Shown: positions 42,480 to 61,520 of the stretch, in pieces
Layout of the letters: the number at the start of each line of letters is the position of its first letter
Numbering within the stretch: position 1 is the stretch's first letter
Program-made: the position numbers and the translations under genes
The notes under the pieces: model-generated
Database searches by the model: none
What the model saw: the letters and a program-made list of their open reading frames with translations, nothing else
Told to the model about the DNA's origin: nothing
NCBI RefSeq assembly: GCF_009914755.1
Contig: NC_060939.1
DNA: 64,000 nucleotides
Reading direction: 5' to 3' (one strand)
Source of the DNA: the human T2T-CHM13v2.0 reference genome, Homo sapiens

Positions 42480-42720
42480 GAGCTAAGGGTTGGAAATCAC
42501 AGGTCTGCTTTAAACTTCAGTGCCTTTACTTCTGGCTCTGCTGTCTTAGAGCAATTACATGACCTCACTAATTTCAGGTTTTCTAATTTCCAAGACCTGC
42601 AGTGTTAGATCAGTTACATGACCTCACTATTTCAGGTTTTCTACTTTCAAAATAGGAGTAAAAACAGATACTTCCCAGATGGCAGGAGGGTCAAATGAAG
42701 CAATAATGGGGCTGTATATA
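42480..42720 (+). mobile_element. MIR with an internal tandem duplication
   Basis: ttagagcaattacatgacctcactaatttcaggttttcta (core) is present twice. Confidence 0.6.
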
Positions 42721-42950
42721 GCAGTGTTTAACTAAAATTTGAATTATTTAACTCTGTAAATGTTAGTTTTCTTCCCAATTTCCCGTTTGTAAATGATCCC
42801 TGGTTCGTGGGTTATTTTGAAGATCACCTTAGATGTATATGAGAGAGACTCTCTATGGATGACGTCGTGAAGAGCAGAGACCCTGAATCCCTTTACCTGT
42901 CGGGGAAGAGGGACAGACAAGGCCACCAGTTCAATCTGAGAAAAGGGCAG

Positions 42951-43430
42951 TGTGGTCCACTGAATAGTGGCCCCCCAGGACCTCCACCATCTGGTCCCTG
43001 GAACCTGTGATATGGTGACTTGGAAGGCAAAAGGGATTCTGCAGATGTGATTAAGAACTTTGAGTTGGGGAGATTATCTTGGGCCATCCAGGCGGGCCCT
43101 AAATGTAATCATAAATTTTCCTATAAGAGAAAGGCACAGGGGACTTGATGACAGTAGGGAAAGGCAGTGTGATGACACAGTCGGGGGGAAGGTGATGTGA
43201 TGCAAGGAAGGGGCCAGGAGCCACGGGACGCAGGCGGCTCTGGAAGCTGAAAAGGCAAGGAAGCGATTCTCCCTAGAGCCTCAGTTAGAACCAGCCCTGC
43301 CCTGCAGACACCTCGGTTTTGTTCCCATAAGACTCAGTTTAGACTTCTGACCACCAGAACTATACATTCCCACTGTTTGAAGCCACCGAGTTCGTGGTAA
43401 CTTTTACAGTAGCCACAGGAGAGGAATGCA
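42951..43430 (+). mobile_element. MLT1C-like MaLR solo LTR
   Basis: ggcaaaagggattctgcagatgtgattaag...gattctccctagagcctc...gacttctgaccaccagaact. Confidence 0.85.
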
Positions 43431-44953
43431 CGTATATGTAAAAGCAACACTATTGCTAAGAAAGTAAGGAGCACGTTTTCATAATTTACAGATGACAAGT
43501 ATCTGAAATTTCAAGGGTAGTTTGAACTCACATATTTCCCCCACCAGCACTTTCAGGGCACTCACTCAGTGCCTGGCCTTGTGCAGCTCCGTATCACTCT
43601 GACAACCTAAAGTTTAGGCTGCTGCAGCCACTTTGCCCCACCTGAAGCATCTCAGGGGTGGGGGCTTGGGATGCTAAATTCTTCTCCATGCTGCAGGCCC
43701 AGGGTGCACTCAAGCTGGCACCGTGTTCCCCAGAGCTGGTCTCAGTATCTCCAGAGTGGGCGTCCTGGAATCCTCTCAGCCTGGGAGGTTCTCAGGGTGG
43801 CTCGAGCAGCCCTGTCCTCCCAGAGCCTGCTCAGGTCAGGAGACCCATGGAGGGAAGGGTAGGGACTTTCCTCCCAATCCCTAGAAGTCACTCCACCCAC
43901 TATCCCAACCTTGCTTCCTTTTGGCCCCATTTGTCCTCTTGTCCTCACTTTGTCTGCCAGAATCATACTTCCGACCTATCGTAAAGGGTGGTTTTGCAGT
44001 AAAAATGAAGCTGATGCAACCAGTTCAATGCACAGAGGCCCCTGAGCTAAGAATAGGATGAGTGTGTAATTTCTCATCCACACCAGGACACTGCTGGGCT
44101 TGGCAAGCTCCCACTAAAGACAGCACAGTCACGAACCACAGGACTCAGGCCAGGGCAGGGAAAGTAAGAGGAGGCAGGCCCCTCTGTCAACCTCCATCTT
44201 CCCTTATCCGCAACTGGTACTGCAGGCCTGCAGCTGCAGTAGGCTTCCAGGAGAGCCCTTCAGAAGACCTAAGGGCTGAGCAGAGTCCTCCGGGTGGAGA
44301 AGCAGGACACAGGCCTTTTATTTCCCTTTTCTTCCAGAACACCACCTGGATTAGAGAGAGCCACCTTTCCCAGGTGGGGCATTTGCCTCCTTTGACTGGC
44401 CCAGACTCATGATTATTCAAGGCTCTTGCCTGTAACTAGATCTTCCTAAGGAATCAGTGACTCTCTAGAACCCATCAGCAGAGGATCTTCTGCCATGTAC
44501 ACTGTTATCATGTCTCTTTTAGCCATCCATGAAGTTTCTATTTTCCAAGAGAGATGCCCAAAGCCTCCAAGCCACTTGCAGGGCAGTCAGGAATCACACA
44601 CTTTGGATCCTATTACAGAGCAAGCCTTCCTTAATGCAGAACACCCCTTTCCCCTGCCCAGCTTTTCGGGTTCTTTTGTGATGACCTTCCCACTCTACCT
44701 CCTCTCAGGTGGGCAGATAACACTGGATACGCAGTGACAATTTTGAATTTCAAATAAACAACTTAAGTTTTTTAGTTTCTTTCTTTTTAAAAAATACCTA
44801 TTGCCCTACCTTTTCCCAAGCCCCTCCACCAAATCTGAAGAACACAGTTTCCAGAACCCTATCACAATTTTATCATATCAAAAATACACACTTAAAGGCT
44901 TTTTAAATTTATTGACGTGTGAAGTAGTTAAAGTGGCAATTATATAATTACAC

Positions 44954-45035
44954 AATAATTTGGTGGAGATGATATTTCAAATTATAAGATGCATAAAGGA
45001 AAGGTAATAAAAGGGTCTTAGGCTAAAGGCCTTCA
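44954..45035 (+). repeat. 82-bp dispersed direct repeat, copy A
   Basis: 76/82 identical to 47167-47248 by manual ungapped alignment. Confidence 0.95.
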
Positions 45036-45118
45036 AATTTGTGATATACAAAGAGCACAGACCACAACCATGAAGTCCAGGAGGGCCGGGTCTTGCACTT
45101 GTAGAAAGTGCACAATCA

Positions 45119-45416
<298 letters not shown>

Positions 45417-46159
45417 TCAGATGATGTCTCCTCCCGGCCTCACACTCTCAGGAAGGAAAAACAGAACAGCTGCGTAGATCCCACGGTCTCTTCCTGAAGC
45501 TTCCCTAACTCTAGCACCAGTTCCAGATGGGACAGCCCGTAGGCTGCTCAGGCAGTGTGTCAAAGGCTCACCTGATGTGCCAAGGCTTTCTGGCTTGGAA
45601 GCCCCTTTCCGTGCCATTTTGTTAAAAATCTGTAAACAGAAATTTAAAGTAAATTTTACCTATTTATTATTTTGTTTTATGCTAATATGCATGTGAAGTT
45701 AACAATTTTGGGGCCGTTCTATGAACATACCAGTGGTAAATACCCATTATAATGTCTCTTTCTGTTTTCTGAAAGATGTTCTTTCAGTGCAGATAAATAG
45801 TCATTGAAAATCAGTAGAATGTGTGTCTTTTGGTCAAACAGCAGGAGAGCTGGGAAGGGAAGTTGAAAGGCCTGGGTAATTTTCATTTGTCAGTAGTGAA
45901 ATCATCAGATTAATGAATGAAGAATGCATGATTTCCACCTTCATGAAGTCACTGCTAGTCTTAACCAGACACCATAAAAAAATGCAAGGATGTCCTGAGC
46001 TGGAAAGTTAAAATCCTGAGTGTTCCAGAATCATAGACTTTAAATCCTAAGGTTTAATCCTGACATTATGCCATCAGGAGCCTGGTGGCCAGGTAAGGTG
46101 GAAAATGTAAACTCTTTTACCAATTTCAAAAGAGCTCTGGAAATTAGCCTATGAATCCT

Positions 46160-47050
<891 letters not shown>

Positions 47051-47166
47051 GAGCAATAATAACTGATGAACACCAGGACTAAGTTAGCACTGTGTGTTCT
47101 TGTTTACTGTGGGATTTTACTGAATAATATTTCATTACATTTCTTTCTCCAGAAATGCTGGGAAGG

Positions 47167-47248
47167 AATAATTTGGTGGAGACAATAGTTCAAATTATAG
47201 GATGCATAAAGGAAAGGTAATAAAAGGGTCTTGGGCTAAAGGCATTCA
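47167..47248 (+). repeat. 82-bp dispersed direct repeat, copy B
   Basis: 76/82 identical to 44954-45035. Confidence 0.95.
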
Positions 47249-48189
47249 GGTCTCGCCGTATTCAAGTGTGCAATGATGTGTTGTAGCCACTGAGCCAAAT
47301 CCTGGGAGACCACAAGAGGCTGATTGTGTCTGTCCCCATCAGTATCCAGGAAACTCACTTTCCCCAAACACACCTACAGCGAGGTAGTTCCCTAAGTTAG
47401 GCAGCCTCTATCCACAAGCCGCACCTGCATCTCTCCAGTACCTGAACACTTCCTTCATTCCACAAGCATTTCCAGACAGCCCACCTTCCCCTCACACTGC
47501 ATCCTTCTCCTCAGGGACACAGAAACCCCCTCTCACTGCTGGTCCCAATTAGATGGGCAGGCCCCTCCCTGCTGCTCAAAGCACAACCAGAAACCAGGCT
47601 CAGAGGCAACCAGAACTCCGAAAGGTGTTCAGAGGAAGGCGGGCTGGTTTTGGGACCCCAGGGGGAGAAGGAAGGCACAGCAACAGGGTGCTTTATGGCC
47701 CCAAGACCAACAGAAGGTGACCCCAGCCTAGCACCCATGGCAGCCAGCTAGGCTTGCTCCCGCTCTGATGGAACAGGGCCCTCTGGCAATACCAGGCCAG
47801 CCTGACGCCACCTGACGGAGGAGGGACCTGAAGCCCTGTCCGCATAAGTGGCCCCAGGGTGGCTCCCCTCCTTGTGTACTGACAGCCCCTCCTCCCCACC
47901 CAGAAATATCTGGTTGGTGGGCACCTGCAGGGGATCCAAGCCTCTTCTTCAGACAGCCTGAGCCTTGGGCCCCACTGGGAGACACTCAGGGCAGAGCCTG
48001 GGGAAACTCCGTCTGCCCCTCAGCCTGCATCAGGAGGGATCCTGAGAGCCACAAGGACCCCCGAGAAACCAAGCAGGAGAGAACAACACAGCAGCGACTC
48101 TGGAAATTAGATGCCAGTAGAACCACAGCCTGCAAGATGGGCCAGGACCCATGTGCCAAACCTAAACAGGTCACTGCCTTCTAAAGCAA

Positions 48190-48435
48190 AAGAGTCACAG
48201 GGGACCCAGGTCACCTAACATGACAGGCAGAACGTCCACCAAACAACTGAAAACTCACCATCCTTCCAAGAGTGCAGAGATCACCACCAGCATGAGCACC
48301 ACGATCAGCTGCTGCCAAGACCCAACTATCAGATGTTGGAATTATCTGACAAGGGCTCTAAAGTATCTGCCATTAAAAATGCTTCAGCAATGACAGGTTC
48401 TCTCGAAATAAATCAAACAATGGAAAATCTCAGCC
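48190..48435 (+). mobile_element. Old L1M ORF1 N-terminal remnant
   Basis: cagatgttggaattatctgacaagggctctaaagtatctgccattaaaaatgcttcagc resembles the L1MC/MD ORF1 start. Confidence 0.55.
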
Positions 48436-48724
48436 CTTTCCTCACTGCCCCAGGGCTGGCAATCACTTGACATGGTTGCCTGTTACACCTGATAGCCCTC
48501 TTTGACTTCTTTTTTTTTTTTTTTTTATACTTTAAGTTTTAGGGTACATGTGACAATGTGCAGGTTAGTTACATATGTATACACGTGACATGCTGGTGTG
48601 CTGCACCCACTAACTCGTCATCTAGCATTAGGTATATCTCCCAATGCTATCCCTCCCCCCTCCCCCCACCCCACAACAGTCCCCAGAGTGTGATGTTCCC
48701 CTTCCTGTGTCCATGTGTTATTGT

Positions 48725-52559
<3,835 letters not shown>

Positions 52560-52607
52560 TTATTTTGCTCGTTAGTTGATGCAGTTTCTTCCTAGTCTCA
52601 ATGGTCT

Positions 52608-53639
52608 TTACATTTTGGCATGATTTTGCAGCGGCTGGTACCAGTTGTTCCTTTCCATGTTTAGTGCTTCCTTCAGGAGCTCTTTTAGGGCAGGCCTGGT
52701 GGTGACAAAATCTCTCAGCATTTGCTTGTCTGTAAAGGATTTTATTTCTCCTTCACTTATGAAGCTTAGTTTGGCTGGATATGAAATTCTGGGTTGAAAA
52801 TTCTTTTCTTTGAGAATGTTGAATATTGGCCCGCACTCTCTTCTGGCTTGCAGTTTCTGCCGAGAGATCCGCTGTTAGTCTGATGGGCTTCGCTTTGTGG
52901 GTAACCCGACCTTTCTCTCTGGCTGCCCTTAACATTTTTTCCTTCATTTCAACTTTGGTGAATCTGACAATTATGTGTCTTGGAGGTGCTCTTCTCGAGG
53001 AGTATCTTTGTGGTGTTCTCTGTATTTCCTGAATCTGAACGTTGGCCTGCCTTGCTAGATTGGGGAAGTTCTCCTGGATAATATCCTGCAGAGTGTTTTC
53101 CAACTTGGTTCCATTCTCCCCATCACTTTCAGGTACACCAATCAGACGTAGATTTGGTCTTTTCACATAGTCCCATATTTCTTGGAGGCTTTGTTCATTT
53201 CTTTTTATTCTTTTTTCTCTAAACTTCCCTTCTCGCTTCATTTCATTCATTTCATCTTCCATCGCTGATACCCTTTCTTCCAGTTGATTGCATCGGCTCC
53301 TGAGGCTTCTGCATTCTTCACGTAATTCTCGAGTCTTGGCTTTCAGCTCCATCTGCTCCTTTAAGCAGATGTATTGGTTCTGTATTGGTTCTCTGTATTG
53401 GTTATTCTAGTTATACATTCGTCTAAATTTTTTTCAAAGTTTTTAACTTCTTTGCCTTCGGTTTGAATTTCCTCCTGTAGCTCGTAGTTTGATCGTCTGA
53501 AGCTTTCTTCTCCCAACTCGTCAAAGTCATTCTCTGTCCAGCTTTGTTCCATTGCTGGTGAGGAACTGTGATCCTTTGGAGGAGGAGAGGTGCTCTGCTT
53601 TTTAGAGTTTCCCGTTTTTCTGCTCTGTTTTTTCCCCAT
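52608..53639 (-). pseudogene. L1 ORF1 (RNA-binding chaperone), frameshifted twice
   Basis: MGKKQSRKTGNSK start; +20 insertion at about 53368-53388 and -2 at about 52850; the middle part is in ORF 52753..53352 (REKG, YVKRPNLRLIG). Confidence 0.95.
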
Positions 53640-54671
53640 CTTTGTGGTTTTATCTACTTTTGGTCTTTGATGATGGTGATGTACAGATGGGTTTTGGTGT
53701 GGATGTCCTTTCTGTTTGTTAGCTTTCCTTCTAACAGACAGGACCCTCAGCTGCAGGTCTGTTGGAGTTTGCTAGAGGTCCACTCCAGACCCTGTTTGCC
53801 TGGGTATCAGCAGCGGTGTCTGCAGAACAGTGGTTTTCGTGAACCGCGAATGCTGCTGTCTGATCGTTCCTCTGGAAGTTTTGTCTCAGAGGAGTACCCG
53901 GCCGTGTGAGGTGTCAGTCTGCCCCTACTTGGGGGTGCCTCCCAGTTAGGCTGCTCGGGGGTCAGGGGTCAGGGACCCACTTGAGGAGGCAGTCTGCCCG
54001 TTCTCAGATCTCCAGCTGTGTGCTGGGAGAACCACTGCTGTCCTCAAAGCTGTCAGACAGGGACATTTAAGTCTGCAGAGGTTACTGCTGTCTTTTTGTT
54101 TGTCTGTGCCCTGCCCCCAGAGGTGTAGCCTACAGAGGCAGGCAGGCAGGCCTCCTTGAGCTGTGGTGGGCTCCACCCAATTGGAGCTTCCTGGCTGCTT
54201 TGTTTACCTAAGCGAGCCTGGGCAATGGCGGGCGCCCCTCCCCTAGCCTCGCTGCCGCCTTGCAGTTTGATCTCAGACTGCTGTGCTAGCAATCAGCGAG
54301 ACTCTGTGGGCGTAGGACCCTCCAAGCCAGGTGCAGGATATAATCTCCTGGTGCGCCGTTTTTTAAGCCCGTCGGAAAAGCGCAGTATTCGGGTGGGAGT
54401 GACCCGATTTTCCAGGTGCTGTCTGTCACCCCTTTCTTTGACTAGGAAAGGGAACTCCTTGACCCCTTGTGCTTCCTGAGTGAGGCAATGCCTCGCCCTG
54501 CTTCGGCTCGCGCACGGCGCACTGCACCCACTGTCCTGCGCCCACTGTCTGGCACTCCCTAGTGAGATGAACCCGGTACCTCAGATGGAAATGCAGAAAT
54601 CACCTGTCTTCTGCGTCGCTCACGCTGGGAGCTGTAGACCGGAGCTGTTCCTATTCGGCCATCTTGGTTCC
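53640..54671 (-). promoter_or_regulatory. L1 5'UTR: internal sense promoter and rightward antisense promoter
   Basis: YY1 core CAAGATGGCC is intact (54657-54666, minus strand) and 54210-54660 is CpG-rich. Promoter activity is inferred from the family. Confidence 0.8.
54225..54479 (+). CDS. L1 antisense ORF0, 84 aa
   Basis: Strong Kozak context GCAATGG; MAGAPPLASLPPCSLISDCCASNQRDSVGVGPS... matches primate L1 ORF0. Expression is unknown. Confidence 0.7.
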   Translation: MAGAPPLASLPPCSLISDCCASNQRDSVGVGPSKPGAGYNLLVRRFLSPSEKRSIRVGVTRFSRCCLSPLSLTRKGNSLTPCAS

Positions 54672-54959
54672 AGAAAAAAAGTCTTTGACTTCTTTTAGGG
54701 GCGGGTGCCTTTGCCTGTGTAACCGCTGTTCATAGGAAAGTGTCCCCATTCACATGACTCCAGTGGTTTCTGCCACCCGTCTGCACCGATTGAGTGACTG
54801 AGGGGCTCTGCAGCGCTAGCAAACATTCACCTGGGGAGATAGAGAAGATGCTTTAGATCATACTCTCCTGGAAAATGCCTTGAAACCCTCTTTCAACATT
54901 TCTTCCTCCTAGTCCTTCTGTCCCAGGCTTTGAGCAGGTTATTCCCTCATCAGCCATGT

Positions 54960-56012
<1,053 letters not shown>

Positions 56013-56279
56013 TAAATATCACTTAGGAAGAGACAACTGACAATGTCTTTCTAAACTTTCCTTTTTCTCACCAGAGAATGTGTTGCTAGACGTCATTGTC
56101 ATGGTGGCAGGAGGAATTTGTTAAACTTCAAAGGAATGCCTGTTTGTCATAAAGCCTTTAAAACAAGAAGATGGCATCTCCTATGTGGGAGGAGTGAGGT
56201 TTGATCCTGCGGAAAATAAACTTAGCTGACATTTTCGAGTGCGTCTTGTGTTCTGGGCTGTCCTTGCGACAGTGTCTTG

Positions 56280-56420
56280 GCAGGTAGTACTATAGTCACT
56301 CCTTTAACGTGGGGACACCCGAGTTTGGATAACGTGAGCAGTGTGCTGGAGGTCAGTCGGCAGGGGGCAGAGTTGGATTTGAAGGTGAGGTCGTGTTTGT
56401 GGGGCCACTGTTTTTAATCA
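56280..56420 (-). mobile_element. MIR fragment
   Basis: caggtagtactatagtcactcctttaacgtggggacaccc...ggcagagttggatttgaa. Confidence 0.5.
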
Positions 56421-56564
56421 CGGTACTAGAGGCACCACAGAGAGTGTAGAGAAAACAGAACCGCAAGGCCTGAGTGCCTTAAAGAGAGGTTTTCAGAATC
56501 AGGACCCAGCATGCTTATTCTTGCTGCAGTGCCTTAACACGCTAAACAGCGCTTAACCACGCTA

Positions 56565-56855
<291 letters not shown>

Positions 56856-57349
56856 GTTAACCTTTCAAAGCAAGATGGTTTTAGCCATAAATTTTCATAG
56901 CAACAGAGGACAGCACATACCAGTGACGGAACCGATACTTTGAATCAAGCCAGCCAGAGGGGTCTACACCCCCTTCCACTGCAGACACCAAAACACAGGG
57001 TGCCATTCTCCATTCCCTGCCATTTACAAAGAAGAATGGACAAAGTAAGTTTGAGGTTAACGAAAGCAGCCTCAGGATGTTGAGTTCCTAGTCTCAGTTC
57101 AAACAGCTATTTGTGTGAGGCTGGGCAAGTCGCTGGGGTGGGCCTCAATCCCCTCATCTGATTTTACCTGAGGCGCCACCAACTCTAGGAAGTCTCCCAT
57201 GATTGTCTAAGGCTGGGATCCCTCCCTGTGTGGCCCTTACTCTCTTTTTACCTAATTCCCTTCCTAAGAACGAGCTCCTTCCAGCTAAGATAAGCTTTCT
57301 CATGACTGCACCCCCTGTGTCTGGCAGAGGGGACAGCACCTGACAGATG

Positions 57350-57727
57350 CCTGCCTTGGAGGCTGGGGCTGCCACAACAAAGAACCACAGCCTGGGGGCT
57401 TAAACACAGACGTGCATTTCCTCACAGTGCTGGAGGCTGGAAGTCCAAGATCAAGGTGGGCAAGGCTGGCTTCTCCTGCAGCCTCTCTCTTCGGCTTGTA
57501 GATGGCTGTCTTCCCTGTGCCTCAGACGATCACCCCTCTGACTGTGTCTGTATCCTAACCTCATCTTCTTATAAGGACACCAGTCAGAATGGATTAAGGT
57601 TCACCCTCATGGCCTGATTTTAACTCAATTACCTCTTTAAAGGCCCTCTCCAAATAAGATCACAGTCTGAGGTACGGTGGTTGGGCTTCAACATATAAAT
57701 TTGAAGAATCTTAATTCAGACCACAAC
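57350..57727 (-). mobile_element. MLT1A-like MaLR LTR
   Basis: gggctgccacaacaaagaaccacagcctggggg...ctggaggctggaagtccaagatcaaggtg...cttcttataaggacaccagtca. Confidence 0.85.
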
Positions 57728-58537
57728 GGGGTCTCACATGTCTCAGGTGAATGGACTGAATCTCAGCCTGCAGTTCAATGGGATCACATCCATGTGAATC
57801 TGAATTGCAGCTGTGGGTTGACCTCAGCCAGTTGGCTTTGGCTCTCCTCTGCCCAGTTATTTCCAGGAGTCTGGAAGAATCTCAGGAGAGCTCAGGGAAC
57901 CTGGAACAAACACCTACTGCTGGCCCCCACTGCTGCCACTCCTGCTCCCTCCTGATGGCAGGGTCCCTGTCTCCCCCAGTCACAGACACGCGGATGAGCC
58001 CCCATCTGCCTGGCTGACCCACTGCCTCCTGAGCCCAAGTCTCTTTGGCTGAGGCCCCAGTACACACCAACACCATTTTCAAAATGACTCCTTCACAATT
58101 TCTCTTTAAGGCCAGACACCAAAGTCCCCCAGACCTGTCTCTGGAACAAATACTCTTATCTTTTGTACTTGAACTAACCTTTAAAAAAAAAAAAGCTTGG
58201 AACCTGATGCCATAGACGAGCTCTGAGCTTCTGTATATTTGGAAATTCTGAATCTAATTGAATAGCATGAACTTGTCTTTTCCACAAAGGATTTGAGGCA
58301 CTGTGTTTTTAAGTGACTAAGCCCACGTCCCTCTCCAGACACCACCTGGGGCTTGGCAATGAGGATGCTGGCGGGGTTTAATATGGTCACACGGGAGCCA
58401 GAGAACCAACAAGGTTGACCAGGGCACAGGGGGCATGCTGAAGTATGGCTGGGACTGCAGCAAATTCTAATTCCAAGTGGATGGTAATTTCTTGAGCATT
58501 ATGATGTTTGAAAAGTACAACAGAAGTCTATATTGTA

Positions 58538-59179
<642 letters not shown>

Positions 59180-61520
59180 TTACCAAAATGTGTAGGAGAA
59201 AAACATACTCACTTTAACCCTGACATATTGATTTCACCAAGACTATCTTTATCTTAAATGACAGCTTAAAATAATGTGTTTGAAAAACAATTACACTATT
59301 CATATTAATACAAAGATACTAAATGGCGAATTCTTGGCCGTTTTCATTTACCACAGAAAGAAAAGGGGGCAAATATAGTTGGAAAAAGATTAAACTCTGT
59401 AGCTTCATAAGGTCCTTCAATGTAAAGATGAATAGCTTCAACATGAAGTGAAAAGCATCTGCCACAATCTTCTAAAATTACTGGGAATATAATTTACCAG
59501 CAGCCTTGGTGCTGAGACATAACACACTCTCTCTCCATTGTTACCCATTGCCCTGAATATGTGGTCAGTGACTATCAACGCGTTGCGAGTGGAGGAAGGC
59601 AGGATCAGAGATATCGCTGCCCAAAAAAGCAACAATAGCAAACAGCAGCAGCAACACAGAATGATGGAGCCTCCTGCCACACTCTTCAAAGCGCTGCAGC
59701 CAGGAGGACACAGAGAAGAAGGTGGTGTGGGCCTGCAAAGGACAGACTCTGAATCAGTGCGACCCACCCCGCGTGTCCCTCCAACCCAAATAGCGGATCC
59801 CTCTCCCCACCCTACGCTGCCAGTCTCGAGTGAGGCTCATTGAGAAGGGAAGTTGTAAGTTGGAGGGAAAAAGTTTTAAGAGAGCCCATGAGTGCAGAAG
59901 TCCCGCCTCCCACTAAGGATCTCAGCAGATGCAGGAAAGTCACAGGCAGGAGGTCTTCAGGTGTCTTCCCTATGGGCAGGAAGGAAAGGGGATGTGACTA
60001 TAACCAAATTCCTGCTCCCACCAGCCCTCCAACTACCAGCCCTAACAGCCAAATCCATGGACATTTTATCTGTCCTGACTGGAGGTTGAAGGGTGTAAGG
60101 AGAGAGGTTGGGAAATTTCACCGGGAGTACGCGGCTAACTGAGAAAGCTGAATAAGAGTTCACTCACCCCAAAGACCCAGAATTTCATGAATTAGAGCAA
60201 TAAATAATGATATAGATCTCCTTCCAGGGTAATGCCTAAGATGTATTGGAGCACCAACAGACCAACATCAACAGCAACAAAGTAAAGACAAAAACGCCCA
60301 GGCTGTCCATCCTAGGGGCTGGCCTTCCTCTCAGAACCCCAGGCCAGGAAAGCAGGAAGAAGGGGGAGCACAGAGTCTGAAAGGGGCTGAGACCTGCTTT
60401 TTCAGAGGAATTTAAAGATCCACATGGAGCTGCCCAAATTAAGCAAAAGTAAGAGTGAAATAAATGGCAAGGCATTCCTGCAAATGCACTGCAGGGGAAC
60501 AGTGAACACAGGGTGGACCATGGTCTGTAAAGAAAGACAAAGATTTCATTCTGCAGCAAAATATATAACTGAATCCATGCAAGAAAGTTCTCCAAAATGT
60601 TGTGTAAGAAGTTAGTAAGAAATCGATTTCAATAAAAAAGAGCTAAAAGATAGAAAAGCAAAATGAAAGGTAAATTGCAGAGTTTTGGAAACAAATTGAA
60701 GAGCAAAAACTCATTTCAGAACGGGAAGAAAAAAAAAAAAACCTACCCGAACTGTAAATAGCAGGAAACAGAATAGACAATGCCAAAAATAACAAAGCTA
60801 CCATCATAGAGGAAGAATTTCAGATCTCCAAAGGGAATAAGAGGAATAAAACACATCATTGCATATTCAAGCCAAAATGAGGAAAAAGAAGGAAAATTCA
60901 TTTTGCATAAATAAATATACCATGTATGTGATGGTAGGAAATTAATTTCAGAAAGTAAATGTTATAACTCATGAATTTGTAAAAATAACAAAGATAATTG
61001 CACTATGAAAATTAGGTAAAAGGGAAGATCACCACAAAATGAATGAATTGCCCATCCTATTAAACATCTTTCAATTTTCTCTCAATAGTAGTCAACAGAT
61101 ACTCTTCTGAATTGATAAATATTAAAGCATATCACAGAGTGTTGTATAAGGAACCTGCAGAAAACCTAAAAACAAAAAGATAACTAATAATATATTGGGG
61201 TTTGAAGTGAGAAGTGGAGAATTAATAGAAACTGTCAGGTTGATAAATCATGAACTATAGGTTGAATTATGTAAAATTATATAGGTAACCACTTAAACAC
61301 ATAAAAGCAATAAATCTTTCATTTTAACAAAAGGATTGCACATAATCAGAAGGAGGGGGGAAATAAAAAAATCCAAAAGGGAATGCAAAAGAAATATTAA
61401 TTACAGATATTGAAAAAAATATTAAACCAAATATATCAGCAATATGTATTAAAAATATAAGTGCAGATCCAAGATAAATAAACCTAAAACAAAGTGCCTC
61501 AAAAAGGTTAAACATAAAAT

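Noticed and set aside
47800-47822. Possible CTCF site CGCCACCTGACGG
   Set aside because: It mismatches the core at a high-information position and is too weak to call without ChIP data.
59538-59843. ORF with a short polyQ (QQQQH)
   Set aside because: It comes from only a few interrupted CAG/CAA triplets, has a non-ATG start and lacks other coding evidence.
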